Below are positions 34,665 to 45,117 of a stretch of 64,000 nucleotides of DNA, one piece after another (position 1 is the first letter of the stretch; each line of letters begins with the position of its first letter). The notes under the pieces were generated by a model that made no database searches, was not told the DNA's origin, and worked only from the letters and a program-made list of their open reading frames with translations. The DNA comes from Epithemia pelagica (taxonomy: Eukaryota; Protista; Bacillariophyta), in contig OX337239.1 in the NCBI GenBank assembly GCA_946965045.2, positions 2,232,001-2,296,000 on the forward strand. The letters run 5' to 3'. The translations under genes were made by a program, and so were the position numbers.

Positions 34665-35863
34665 GTTTCTCCTACAACCTCAATGCAGACAACAATACAA
34701 CAACCGTAGAGACTTGAACGATACACAGCTACATAGCGTAGTAAAAGGGTAAGCGGTAAAAACCACAAATGAGTCCCCTCAATTCGATGAGAAATGAGAG
34801 AACTACCCCCGGATAATATTAAGGGGGTGTTATGCCCCTTCATAGAAATTAGCCGGCCGTTCACAAAACCTGACCATGAGAACCATGAAAGACGAAAAAA
34901 CTACTCCAAGGACATGAGTACAATGCTGCTTGTGGGTGTTATGCGAATCGAAAGCGGGAAACTACGGGACAGGACTGATTTCTTTTATTGTTCTTCATAG
35001 TTTCTGGAAGGACAAACAGCTTTTGATGGTGCGGCGGGACTACGTTCGAGCAAGTTCGGTGCCGGGGCCCGGATGCACTGCATCGGAGCACTTTGTTGAA
35101 TAAACTGGTAAGTTGCAATTTGCAAACTCAGAAGCCATCTGTGCCAAACAGTCTGTGCAGGATATGCCATGGTCATCGAGTCGTTTCGAGCGACGATGCA
35201 GTGCCAAACACAAATTTATGGAAAAGCATTGTGTTGCTGATTTAGGAGAGATTGCTTTTTAATTCTTTAACGTTAAGAGCATGTGGGTCGATTGTTGACA
35301 GAAAAGCTTACTTTCGCAGCCTTTGTGCTGCACCCATACGCAATGCCCATTGGTCACCACAGAACAAGGAGTTCGGCGAGGTTAACGTGACTACCAAAGT
35401 AGAATAATGTGGCTCAGGCAATGCGTTCTAGATTCGATTACCTATGAGAAAGGGAGAGAAAGACTTCCGCCTTCGGAAGGCGATGAAGTGCAAGTACCAC
35501 TCTTGAACCCGAGATGAATATGTTTGGTTATTCCCTTTCTTCAAGCGTTCGGCGTTTTTTCCGATCCCGACAGGAACCTGTACAAAGATTCTGAGGGCAG
35601 AAAATAGTGTCGAAGGGTAATGCCGAGTACGACTGACCATTACGGTCGGGGAAATGCCGAGGGATCCTTTGTTCTTCTTCCTTCCTAAAGGGCTTCAACT
35701 GATGCGAATTCCACCTGTGAAGATTCAGCAGCAAAACACCAACCCCTTGTTGAGAATTGGGTGCAGCAGAGTCCGGCAATGACCGGACAACGGTGCGTCA
35801 GCCGTCTTCCAGTCTCTTCAATTGAGCTGTTTCTCCGTTTCTTGGTGGACATGATCGAACAAT

Positions 35864-37900
35864 CTATTGCGAACTTCCACTTGCTTCAAGAACTGCCATG
35901 GATGAAGTCGAACGACTTGTCCATGATGGATCCGTTGATGACGGAGAGGAAGAAGAGGCCACCAGCGGAATGTGCGTTTCGGAAATCCCTGTCAGGTCAC
36001 TCGACAAGGCCCACAATCGTTTCCGTCCTTCAACGGTGATTTGCGTCTCAGAGACGGGTGATGGTCCGAATTCGTTTCCATAGACGGCGCCCGGACCCTT
36101 AGCGGAATCCTTGTCATGCCAATACAGGGCTTGTCCTGGAAGTTGTGTTTGCACGCGACGTGAGGTTGCCATAAAGACCAGTGCCCCGGCACCCCATAGT
36201 AATGTCTTTTCGTTTAGCATCAAGTCGCGGGTCCTCTTAAAGGGCAACATGTCTCGATGATGACGAAAGAGGCCCGTTTGTGTAATGAGACCAGGAGAAA
36301 AACACGCTACCGAAACACCTCTGTGTTGTAACCGTTCATGCAATTCAACGGCCATGGCAACATTACATAGTTTGGAAAAGGCATAGCTGCTTTTGCATTG
36401 ATAATCCACTCCATTTGCTGTTTCAAATCGTTCATTCAGTCGGACACGTCCTGTTGCATCATCAACAGGGATTCCCTCCAACTCCAAAGTTTGCATGAGG
36501 TACAGACCACTGGTGGTTACAACGACACGTCCACCAGGATTCAGAAGATGGTATATTAAGTTGACCAACAAGAAGGGAGACAGATGATTTGTTTGAAAGG
36601 TTATCTCCAAGTCGTTGCCGGTGAACTCAGCAGGCGCAGTTTTGGGTTGCAATGTTGCGGCATTCAGACAGAGAACGTCAATCCCGTTGTTCTCTCCAAA
36701 GGTTTCACGATCGTATGATTCTTTCAACTTGCGTTGCAAGTCAACCGCAAATTTTCGTACCGAATCAAAGCTGGAGTGATCACATACAATGGGGATGATG
36801 TTATCGTTGATGTTGTGGTTGATGACAGTTTGTTGCCATGAATGGGGACGTGCTGTGTTGTTGTCCACGGAGGAGGTGGTTGAGGAACTCGAAGAAGTTG
36901 CTGATGCATGCCATGGAAGAACCGATGCTACTTGTTGCGCAGCCCATATGGCTTTTTCCTCGTTCCGACCAACCAAGAACAAACGATTCCTGGGATTCAG
37001 CAGAGCCAACATTTTGGCGGCCTCCAGTCCAATGCCACTGAAGCACAGTAACGGTAGAAAGGTTCATGGAAACAAAGGTGAACAGACAAATGTACAGTTG
37101 AGAACAGATGTGCCAACAGAACCAAACTTGATTTCAAAAGACCAACAGAGACGTGTCTACAAGATGAAAGACAAATGGGTCTCCCGTAATTGCTCGTACC
37201 TTGTTGCACCTGTTATCAGATAGGTTTTGGGTGCTAGGCTATCATCGCTATCTTGTTCATCGTCACTATTATTGTTGGTCTCCTTGTCGGAGGAGTAGGA
37301 TCCTTGATGTTGCAGTAGCATGGTCATGATATGTTCAATTTCTTCCAAGTCGGCACTCTCCCGAGCAAGCGCGTTAAAGTTTTTAATGTCATGTTGCTGT
37401 CGACTGCAATGGACTGTATAAAGTAACATCACCGCAAGAATGAGTAATTGCGGCATGAGTGAGTGAGTGGTGTTGTTGAGCGAGTAATCGGTAGAGAAAC
37501 AGATCTGATTAGAACATGGTGGTGTTGATGTGTTGGTGTTGTTGGTGGTTCGTTCGTGTATGACTCTGACGAGTGAGTTCCCGTTGCTGTTGTTGTAATT
37601 CCCTACTGTGCTGTTGCTTCTCTTCTTTGTTGTCGTCCTCCTGAGCCTTCTTTCTGTCTCATTGGAGCAGCAGGCCATGCAACACCACCTGGAAATGGTA
37701 GACAGGAGAGGGCCCCCGCGATGATGTTGTGACGAAATCGTGGTGTTGAATGCTGCGTCAGGGTGCTTCCGCAAAGCAGGATTTTGTGAGCAAGCAAGAG
37801 CCAAGCTGGCGGCGAAGACAGAGCCTTTAAGAAATTCATTAACGCAATCAGCATCAAGATTCCTTCTGGTGTCTTTCCCGTGTCTCTTTTTCTCAGACAT
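35864..37900 (-). CDS. Short-chain dehydrogenase/reductase (POR/retinol dehydrogenase-like); intron 37038-37199; start uncertain
   Basis: Splicing AG|GTACG...TTCAG|T gives ITGATSGIGLEAAK (TGxxxGIG). Also CDHSS, LNAA, TFQTNHL and the catalytic YAFSK. Confidence 0.88.
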
Positions 37901-38639
37901 GTGGAACGCGATCTATGCCCCCGTGTGTTATGCCAATATTGATCGATGAGTCAGCTCGTTAAAATTGATGTCCTGTACACGTCGTAGCGACTTCAACCGT
38001 TACTGAATGAAGTTAACTAACAGATATTCAGTTCACGTACGCCAACGCCACCGATGCAGTACACTACGTAAATTCCTCACTGTTGATTGACGTGGATCTC
38101 GCTTCTCAACTGTCCTTGCCTATTAGCTAGCTAGAGTAGTTGAAATAACAATATAACAGAGGCTTTTCTCACCAGGATGAGACTTTGCGATCGAAGAGCT
38201 TGACATGCAATCTGATCTGGGAGTTTGTGAGCAGCCGAGAAATGGAGAAGTAAATGTCTCTCTTACAGCAGACTTGATTCTTTTCGTCAATCGTTGTTCC
38301 TGTCTTGTAATCTTTCATGTCTCGTGCGCAGCAGTGATGGTGTTTCTGATCTTCTCTGGGGGAATTCTTGTGGTGGCTCTCGTTTGTTTCCACCCAGAGT
38401 CTATTACAATCGATCTAAGAGAACCGACCACATAAATCTTGAGCCATTTGGCCTTTCGTACCCCCCAGGGGAGGGCTGGTCCTTCTCAAGAAGAACACTG
38501 GCAAAATCACTAACTAGACACAATGATAGGATAATAATAATGGAATACGCACCACCGTAGAAAATGCGTGAATGCACAATAGGTTCTATTCCCTGGATAT
38601 TCTGGTAAAAAGAGTCTTTTAGGTTCCGTTCCACACAAG

Positions 38640-40301
38640 TTAGTTGCTGCGGATCGGACGTTTGGTCAAGCTAAAGTGCGAATCCTTGGGAAAGCAGGTG
38701 GGAAAAAAGATAAAGTCATCGGGTCCGGGACGCGGTCCGGGACGTTGAATTTCGTAGTCTTGGGCCAAGACACTGACAAAGACGCGCAAGAGGGATTCGG
38801 CATATTTGCGTCCGGGACACTTGTGTTGACCGGCACCAAAGACGACGGTCGAGACAAATTGCGGATCGGCATCGGGACGGTCCGGCAAAAATTCCAATCC
38901 ATGACCACTGACGCGGGCCGAATAGGTAATGGAGGGAATCACCACCGTGCCCTTTTTGATCAAGACATTGTCGTCCAAGACGGTATCACGGCGGGTCAAA
39001 TGAGGGACCATGGGGACCGGTGGTTTGTAATGCAACAATTGATTGGCCGTCTTGGTGGTATAGGCCAGTCGCTGACTTTGATTGGCAATGGATCCATGGC
39101 GTCCAACGTGTTGCACAATTTCCTTGTGACAGGCCTCCAACACATGCGCATGGTTGTGCAAGACATCGAGACTAAAGACCAAACCAGAATTGGTGGCATC
39201 TTGGGCGGCAAACAAAAAGTCGAGCAAACACCGGGCCATGTCGTCGTCCGTACAACCGTGCACTTCGTTAATATCGCAATTCCGTTCGACGGCCGCTTGT
39301 TGAATGGATTGACACCAATGTTCCAACAAACAACGGGGTTCTTGTTTATCCTCAATGATATGCTTGCGTGCAAGGGGAACCATGTCCAGAATCTTGTCTT
39401 GAATCCGATACTTGGCTTGAAGGGCGCGACGCAATCCACCCACGTAGGGGCAGGGGAAGGAGAGGAATCCCATGGTAAAGGTCAAAATATCTTGTTCCAA
39501 GGACAATCGCATTGCATCCGTCAAGTACGGGCCCAAAAAGGCTTCTTGCGAGGACTGGGCTCCCAAGGTACGAAAGGCCACCATGGCATCAAAGGGCTTG
39601 CCCGTGCGAGCACACTCGGCCGCATGTCGTTCCAAGGCACGACGACACACCTTTTCTTGCGCCACGGCATATTGCTGCAAGGCCGCATCGGAAAAGAGGG
39701 CTGGTGTCAAGACGGCCCGCACCTTTTTGTGCACGTCGCCTTGCAAGTAAATCAAATTCTTGGGGTCAAACAACCAAATGGCATTGGGATGCGCATACAA
39801 GCCAAAGTCGTCTTCGCGGGTCATGACTTGTCGACACAGCGTGGGGTTGGTGCAGAAAATGACTTGATTGCCCACCATGGTATTGGCACACAATCCATTG
39901 GAGGAGGCCATGGCCACTGTGCCCAATTCGGCCCAAAAGCGTTCGGGATTGATAATCATGGCCACCAAATTCACAAAGGGGACCGTATACGGAACACCCG
40001 CCAAACTTCCTCGACGAATGTAATAACGTGCCGCATCCATGGCCAACAAGGCAAAGAGACCATGCCACACCAGGCGATTGGCTTCAGGCGTCAACGTGTA
40101 CAAGAGACCCACCGCCACGGCCGTGTACAAATTCAATTCCCAATGAAAGGTATTGGATACTTGTTTGGCCAGGGATGGTTGCATCATGTGTTTGGCATCG
40201 GGGTTGTTGTACGTGGGCGTTGTGGCACCATCATCCTCATTGTCATTTGCCGCAGCATTGGCCTCGGGCCACGAACTTGTGGTCGAATCACGAGGAGGCA
40301 T
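38640..40301 (-). CDS. CYP710: Cytochrome P450, CYP710/CYP61-like sterol C-22 desaturase
   Basis: I-helix LLDFLFAAQDATNS (the CYP710/ERG5-type DFLFAxQDA), KPPVPMVPH, haem ligand FGAGQHKCPG, and an N-terminal membrane anchor. The start is taken at MPPRDS. Confidence 0.85.
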   Translation of the reverse strand: MPPRDSTTSSWPEANAAANDNEDDGATTPTYNNPDAKHMMQPSLAKQVSNTFHWELNLYTAVAVGLLYTLTPEANRLVWHGLFALLAMDAARYYIRRGSLAGVPYTVPFVNLVAMIINPERFWAELGTVAMASSNGLCANTMVGNQVIFCTNPTLCRQVMTREDDFGLYAHPNAIWLFDPKNLIYLQGDVHKKVRAVLTPALFSDAALQQYAVAQEKVCRRALERHAAECARTGKPFDAMVAFRTLGAQSSQEAFLGPYLTDAMRLSLEQDILTFTMGFLSFPCPYVGGLRRALQAKYRIQDKILDMVPLARKHIIEDKQEPRCLLEHWCQSIQQAAVERNCDINEVHGCTDDDMARCLLDFLFAAQDATNSGLVFSLDVLHNHAHVLEACHKEIVQHVGRHGSIANQSQRLAYTTKTANQLLHYKPPVPMVPHLTRRDTVLDDNVLIKKGTVVIPSITYSARVSGHGLEFLPDRPDADPQFVSTVVFGAGQHKCPGRKYAESLLRVFVSVLAQDYEIQRPGPRPGPDDFIFFPTCFPKDSHFSLTKRPIRSN

Positions 40302-40871
40302 GGTGGGTGGGTTGGAAGGGAAGGAGTTTGTGCGATCGATTGATTGGATGAATGTACTTCCCAAAGTCGTTGTGTGTGTGTGTGCGTAGTCTTGGATGGA
40401 ACAACAACAGCAACAACGACCAAGATTGTGGTCAACAGCCGAAAAAATAAGGTGGTGCGGCGTGTAGTGTTGTTTGTGTTGGAACTCTTGGAAAGATTCT
40501 CTTGCGCGTATTGTACGGTTGGTGTTCGGGTTGCGGTGTGCTGGCGACGGGCTGGCACTACTGATCTGTTGTCTCATAATTTCTTTAAGAATAAGCAAAA
40601 AGTTTGAATGATGACAAACGATGAGCATTGCTTTGCCGGCGTGCAAAGCCTTCCGACTATACGGTCCAAGTGTACAGCCGAAATTCAAGCCAGAACCAAG
40701 CGAAGCTCTTGGAACGAGAGGTTCGCGTTGCCCCTCTCAACACAGAGAGGGAGTGGGTAGCTCAAAGGACTTAGGAGTAGTTTTTAGTTAGAGGGGATTG
40801 TGCTCCTCGAACGTCACCATACCATGAACATGCACAATCCATGAAGTGCCAAGGATACATAGGAATATATC

Positions 40872-41007
40872 TAATAGCAAGACAAGGACAACAAGAGAAC
40901 GACCACCAGTTCTATGTAGCAATCTCTACTACCAACGACTGGCCACGGGGCATGATACAATCCCTCGAGGCCGTTTCCCAGGGTTTGCAACACCATGGAG
41001 CCGTCGT
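40872..41007 (+). pseudogene. Chimeric fragment copy of the GMC locus (upstream 60760-60808 joined to coding 61656-61736)
   Basis: TAAT(A/G)GCAAGACAA...AGAACGACCACCAGTTCTATGTA is shared. STTNDWPRGMIQSLEAVSQGLQHHGAVV matches STTNDWPRGMLQSLEAITQGLHHHGAIV. Confidence 0.82.
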
Positions 41008-41164
41008 GTGTCGCACAGGTGGGGGATTCCGATATCCACCCATCACGGCAATGTCATTGGCCGCCGTCAGCAGACTGCTGCCCCAACGTGCGTTGTTCCA
41101 GAGTGGGAGGGTTGCGCGGCGGATCCAAGACTGACTGCTCGGGGCTGGAGTACGCGATTGAACA

Positions 41165-41282
41165 ACACTTGTCTTGGCCACCGGTGACGAGATATAGGCT
41201 TCGGGAGGTTTGAAGACGCCTTTACTCACGTCTTCAAACCTCCCAAAGCCTATATCTCGACACTGGTGGCCAAGACAAGTGT
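41165..41282. repeat. 118-bp near-perfect palindrome (MITE-like hairpin), 10-nt loop
   Basis: ACACTTGTCTTGGCCACC...GGGAGGTTTGAAGACG-cctttactca-CGTCTTCAAACCTCCC...GGTGGCCAAGACAAGTGT, with three mismatches seen. Confidence 0.88.
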
Positions 41283-41397
41283 CAATAACATTACTGTATC
41301 TTGATCATTATCTTGTACACCACAGCAAGATTTAGAGTAGTTTTTCGTTGCTCCTTGAAAGTCACCAAGTATACCAATTACCAATCGCCTCTAGTAG

Positions 41398-42066
41398 TTA
41401 GAGGGGAATGTGCTCCTCGAAAGTCACTGTTCTCTCGTTGGCAATGTCCCAATACTCGACCGAATCCAGTTCGTGGTGTTCGGTTTCGCCTCCCACGACA
41501 AGGATGCGGTGGCCCACGACCGCACTGGCACAAAAGGATCGTGCCACAGTCATGCTGGGTCCAGCCGTGACAACAATGTGGTTCCTGGTGGTATCCAGAA
41601 TATCCACGGACGACAACCGTTGACCACCGTCATGGCCACCCATGACAACAATGTAACGATTGTGAACCGCCACCGCACAACATCCATATCGTTTCGTGGA
41701 TAACCGAATCGTCAAGGTCGTCCAGTTGTGGCTCTTTTTCTTGTTGTTGTGGTTGTTGGAAGGGATGGTTGCCAAAGATGATTGGAGCAACTCCTGGACA
41801 TGGATTCGTTCGATACAATCCAACGTTGCTCCATGGTTTCCTCCCATGACGTAGACGGCTCCGTTGCACACCACAGCGGCGTGTCCCGCACGTTTCTGGT
41901 TCATGGGTGGCCCTGGTCGCCACTGCTTGGTGGGTTGTGCCAAGTGGAGTACCAAAACGGAATTGACATCGCCTTGACGTTGTTCATGTCCACCCAACAC
42001 GACGACCGTCTGCCCCATGTGGTTGTTGTTGTCGTTGTTGTTGTGGTTGAAAGTGTCGACTAACAA
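41398..42066 (-). CDS. Kelch-repeat protein, 5'-incomplete here (upstream exon missing or unrecognised)
   Basis: Repeated GG-containing blades VVVLGG, RAGHAAVVCNGAVYVMGG, YIVVMGG and ILVVGG. There is no ATG; an acceptor-like TTTTTGTTAG lies at the 5' edge. Confidence 0.8.
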   Translation of the reverse strand: MLVDTFNHNNNDNNNHMGQTVVVLGGHEQRQGDVNSVLVLHLAQPTKQWRPGPPMNQKRAGHAAVVCNGAVYVMGGNHGATLDCIERIHVQELLQSSLATIPSNNHNNKKKSHNWTTLTIRLSTKRYGCCAVAVHNRYIVVMGGHDGGQRLSSVDILDTTRNHIVVTAGPSMTVARSFCASAVVGHRILVVGGETEHHELDSVEYWDIANERTVTFEEHIPL

Positions 42067-42072
42067 AAAAGT

Positions 42073-42152
42073 ATTTTCATTCTTCGAGCAAGGTCAGGCA
42101 TAGATGCACGTGGAGTATAAATATAGATATTATTATTATTATTTTCATTCTT
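42073..42152 (+). mobile_element. 56-bp insertion with a (TAT)n tail flanked by a 12-bp TSD; probable 5'-truncated non-LTR/SINE insertion
   Basis: ATTTTCATTCTT at 42073-42084 and 42141-42152; the insert ends ...ATATTATTATTATT. Confidence 0.6.
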
Positions 42153-42336
42153 TGACGTTTGCCCATCATCAGTATCACTCGTCAATTCACTACGCGTCAC
42201 GGCCCATTGGCCCTGACAAGAATGCGATCACCGACGAGCACATGGTGTCATCCAGCTTTCCAATGGGTTTGAGTGGTCTGCAGACGAGTTTTTACCTAAA
42301 TAAGCCTTTTTGTACATTATTGAACTACACGTAGCT

Positions 42337-43992
42337 TTATTGTTGTTTGGCATTGTGCAGCTCGACCAACCTGTCGGTGAGGGGTAATCGGGTTCCAAAC
42401 TTGCGGTGATTTTCCATAAGGAAAAATGTTTGCCATTCGAGACGTTGCCTGTCCTCTTCTTCCGCTTCCTCATCATCTTCAAAAGAAACTGCTGGAAGAT
42501 CCATTTCAGAGAATGCCTGGCCCGATACTTCACGGCGGCCAGACCTACGTTCGTTCGTGTCTTCATGGTGACAATCGTCGGTCTCACCGCTCTCGTCGAC
42601 ACTGTCTAGCAGAGATGATTGTTCCTCTCCTTGCGCTCCGTCACCATCATCTTCGTCGATCCATTCCCAATCGGCAATATTGTTGACCGACACCACCCGA
42701 ATGGAAGAGAGATACAACCAGCAAATGCTAACCAGTATCTCTTCTGCGGTGTTCTCAGGGCGGGATATCCAATAGGTGTTTCCTGGGACATCATGGTAGA
42801 CGCCGTACAATACCATACAATCGGTCAAGAGGGAGAACAGACCGTCTGGGCATCTTTCCTTTAGCTTCAGGCGTCGCGCCATTGATTCCGCTGCAACTTG
42901 TGTTATCGGAGACTTGTTCAGGCGATTGGAAAGAAGCCCCCATTTCTTCATCTCGACGTTCACTCTACAATCAAGAAAATGTTTCTGTTGTTGACTAGCC
43001 GCAGTTTCCTCTTCGTGTTCGCTGGGGTATCCTTCATAGATGACGACATCCGACATAATCTTCAAGACGGTCTTTTTTGCTCCTCCTTGGTACGTCTTCA
43101 CTCCCCTTTTCTTCGCGTTCAAACGCATATAAGATGCACTGACGCTTACTTGGAGCTCAATCGGAGTCATGCCGGCAACAACCTGCGCGTATGCATTGGA
43201 TGACTCGAACGCTGCATTCAGCTTGGTCAATAGGTCCGTGAGGAAGGCATAAAAAACAGACTGTGTCAGCGGCTCGAGAGGTGCACCGAATCGCATCAAA
43301 AATGATCTGGCATTTTTGAGATTGGTCAACGCCTCCGGAAAGAATTCCATGAGACTTTGTCCTTGCTCTTGAAGACCAAAGGCAGTGATTAGGCTGCCCA
43401 AGTCATCAGTGCGGGCTCTCTCAACCCCGCCCATCGCAAACCGCTTGAATCTCTGGAAGGATAACTCGTTGTTTTCGTCCCTAAACATGTTATGGTGGAT
43501 TTGATCTGCTTTGAGGGTGCTACCGACGACGGATGAGCTACAGTCGTTGCGATCACTGACCGCTGCTTCGGACTGACGTGATGATCTTGGAATACTGACA
43601 TCATAAAAGGTTCCATAAAAACGAAGAAGATCCATGGTGCGTGGGTCCTCGCCTGTTTCCGTCGCCTTTTTGATGTGTTCCCCCAATGACTCAAGGACAT
43701 CTCTGCAATAAAGGTGGAGTTTGCTTGCAATTTTGTTAAGGACAAGGCTAATCGACTCCGTGTCTATTGTCGCAATCCTCGTCTTCAGTTTTGGATCTGC
43801 CAAGTTCCAAAGTTTCTTGTTATCAAAATTGTCCAAAGTGAACGGGTCGTCGTCTGTTGAGTAATAGTCCTCGTCGTAGACATAGCCTTCCACCGCCATT
43901 TTGCGGTTATTCGGCAAGCTCACCCACTCGACATCGTTCGCCACGTCTCCATCAAGAAGATCAATGGCACGCAAAACTCGTTCCAGCTTCAT
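42337..43992 (-). CDS. Intronless 551-aa protein with a putative PD-(D/E)xK (REase-fold) nuclease domain and acidic tail
   Basis: MSDVVIYE...NVEMKK...TQVAAE...SLLTD shows the D, ExK, QxxxE and LTD spacing typical of Crinkler/CR-type REase domains. Confidence 0.55.
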   Translation of the reverse strand: MKLERVLRAIDLLDGDVANDVEWVSLPNNRKMAVEGYVYDEDYYSTDDDPFTLDNFDNKKLWNLADPKLKTRIATIDTESISLVLNKIASKLHLYCRDVLESLGEHIKKATETGEDPRTMDLLRFYGTFYDVSIPRSSRQSEAAVSDRNDCSSSVVGSTLKADQIHHNMFRDENNELSFQRFKRFAMGGVERARTDDLGSLITAFGLQEQGQSLMEFFPEALTNLKNARSFLMRFGAPLEPLTQSVFYAFLTDLLTKLNAAFESSNAYAQVVAGMTPIELQVSVSASYMRLNAKKRGVKTYQGGAKKTVLKIMSDVVIYEGYPSEHEEETAASQQQKHFLDCRVNVEMKKWGLLSNRLNKSPITQVAAESMARRLKLKERCPDGLFSLLTDCMVLYGVYHDVPGNTYWISRPENTAEEILVSICWLYLSSIRVVSVNNIADWEWIDEDDGDGAQGEEQSSLLDSVDESGETDDCHHEDTNERRSGRREVSGQAFSEMDLPAVSFEDDEEAEEEDRQRLEWQTFFLMENHRKFGTRLPLTDRLVELHNAKQQ

Positions 43993-44089
43993 GGCCTAAC
44001 AACAGAGTAGGCGTCTCAACAGTCGGTTACCACATGCTTATTTTTTCATTCTGCAGTCGCGGAATTGGATTACTCTCCAATTTTGTCTG

Positions 44090-44400
44090 CGCGTAGTTTC
44101 CACCGAAGTTTCCCACACCCTAGCATCTTTCGAGCTGCTGCCGGAGGCAGTGGCTCGGTAGCAAGCTTATCCCCTTCCTTGCTTGCTAAAGCCATTGCCT
44201 CATCTTTGGCAGGGTTTTTCATCGAGGAAGAGCCAGAATTACTGAAGCCAAAGCTGGCAGCATGGCACTTCAGCTTTGGCAATTCCAATGCCCCTCCCGC
44301 AGCTTCCAGCAGCTCACTCCAGAGTTGCGCGCCAGCTTCTGCTAGCCTGAGCAAAGGCTCAATACTCTGGGGCTCAGGCTCAAGCTCACTGGCAGCACCA
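44090..44400 (-). pseudogene. Degenerate non-LTR (LINE) reverse-transcriptase C-terminal fragment
   Basis: AQLWSELLEAAGGALELPK...ARKMLGC resembles the Q.W..LL..TGGAL.L.K...KTLG pattern of algal/diatom non-LTR RTs. Confidence 0.6.
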
Positions 44401-44499
44401 TAGGTGCCACCCACAAAGCCAGCCGCATGAGCTCTAGCTGTGGCTTCTCCGCCAGGAGAAGTAAATGATGCACCATGGGCACTGCCTGAGTGAGCCTCA

Positions 44500-44894
44500 A
44501 GTAGCCTGCAGCTCCCTCCAGCCCTCCTAGCTCTCCTGGAGCAGCAGCGCTTCCTTCTAGCCTAGCTTCGCCCTGCCTGAGCCAAATGCCATGGGATGCA
44601 GCCCCTCTCAAATACTTAAGAGCATGCTTGGCTGCTTCCCAGTGCCCCTGGGTGGGCTTGCTGCTGCATTGGCTCAGTAGGCTGGAGGCTGTGCTGGTGC
44701 CTGGCCTGGTGCTGGCCGCTAGCCAGCTGAGGCACCCAGCAGCGGGCTGGTACCTCTGAGTAAGCTTGGGGCCTCCGGCAGGGCTCTCTTCAGCTCTACC
44801 GGCCTTCAACCCAGGCCTATAAGGAGCCTTGGCTTAGCATGCATGCTGAAGGCTGAGCTTGCGCAGCATTGCTCCAATAAAAGCCTGCTGCGAG
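44500..44894 (-). pseudogene. Ancient Ty1/copia RT relic (downstream part; continues at 59845-59935)
   Basis: YQPAAGCLSWLAASTRPGTSTASSLLSQ...GHWEAAKHALKYLRG matches copia RT YQS.VG.L.WL...TRPDI..A.SLLSQ...H..AAK.VL.YL.G. Confidence 0.8.
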
Positions 44895-45071
44895 TGTCTT
44901 ATTCTACTTGATAGAATCCGTTCCAAAGAAAGACTAAGTAGGATTAACCATAACATCCAACGCATAAAACCAGTAAGTAGGTAACCGATAATGACCGTTC
45001 CATTCCCTTTTGGTCATTAGTCCCTTACACGTCATGATGACGTACCAATCCGTAGCGACCCGAATGAGACA
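44895..45071 (-). repeat. 3' LTR of the outer copia
   Basis: TGTCTTATTC...AATGAGACA; matches 59668-59844. Confidence 0.95.
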
Positions 45072-45117
45072 GTCCCCGCCAGTGGATCAACCAATGAGAG
45101 TTGAGTTACTGGCCCCA

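Noticed and set aside
38676-40343. 555-aa plus-strand ORF
   Set aside because: Antisense shadow of the P450. The same applies to 19496-20347, 21303-21965, 30637-31650 and 58917-59684 opposite real genes.
42142-44052. TTTTCATTCT as a 10-bp TSD around the nuclease-like gene
   Set aside because: AT-rich, already explained as the TSD of the 56-bp insertion, and no terminal repeats flank the gene.
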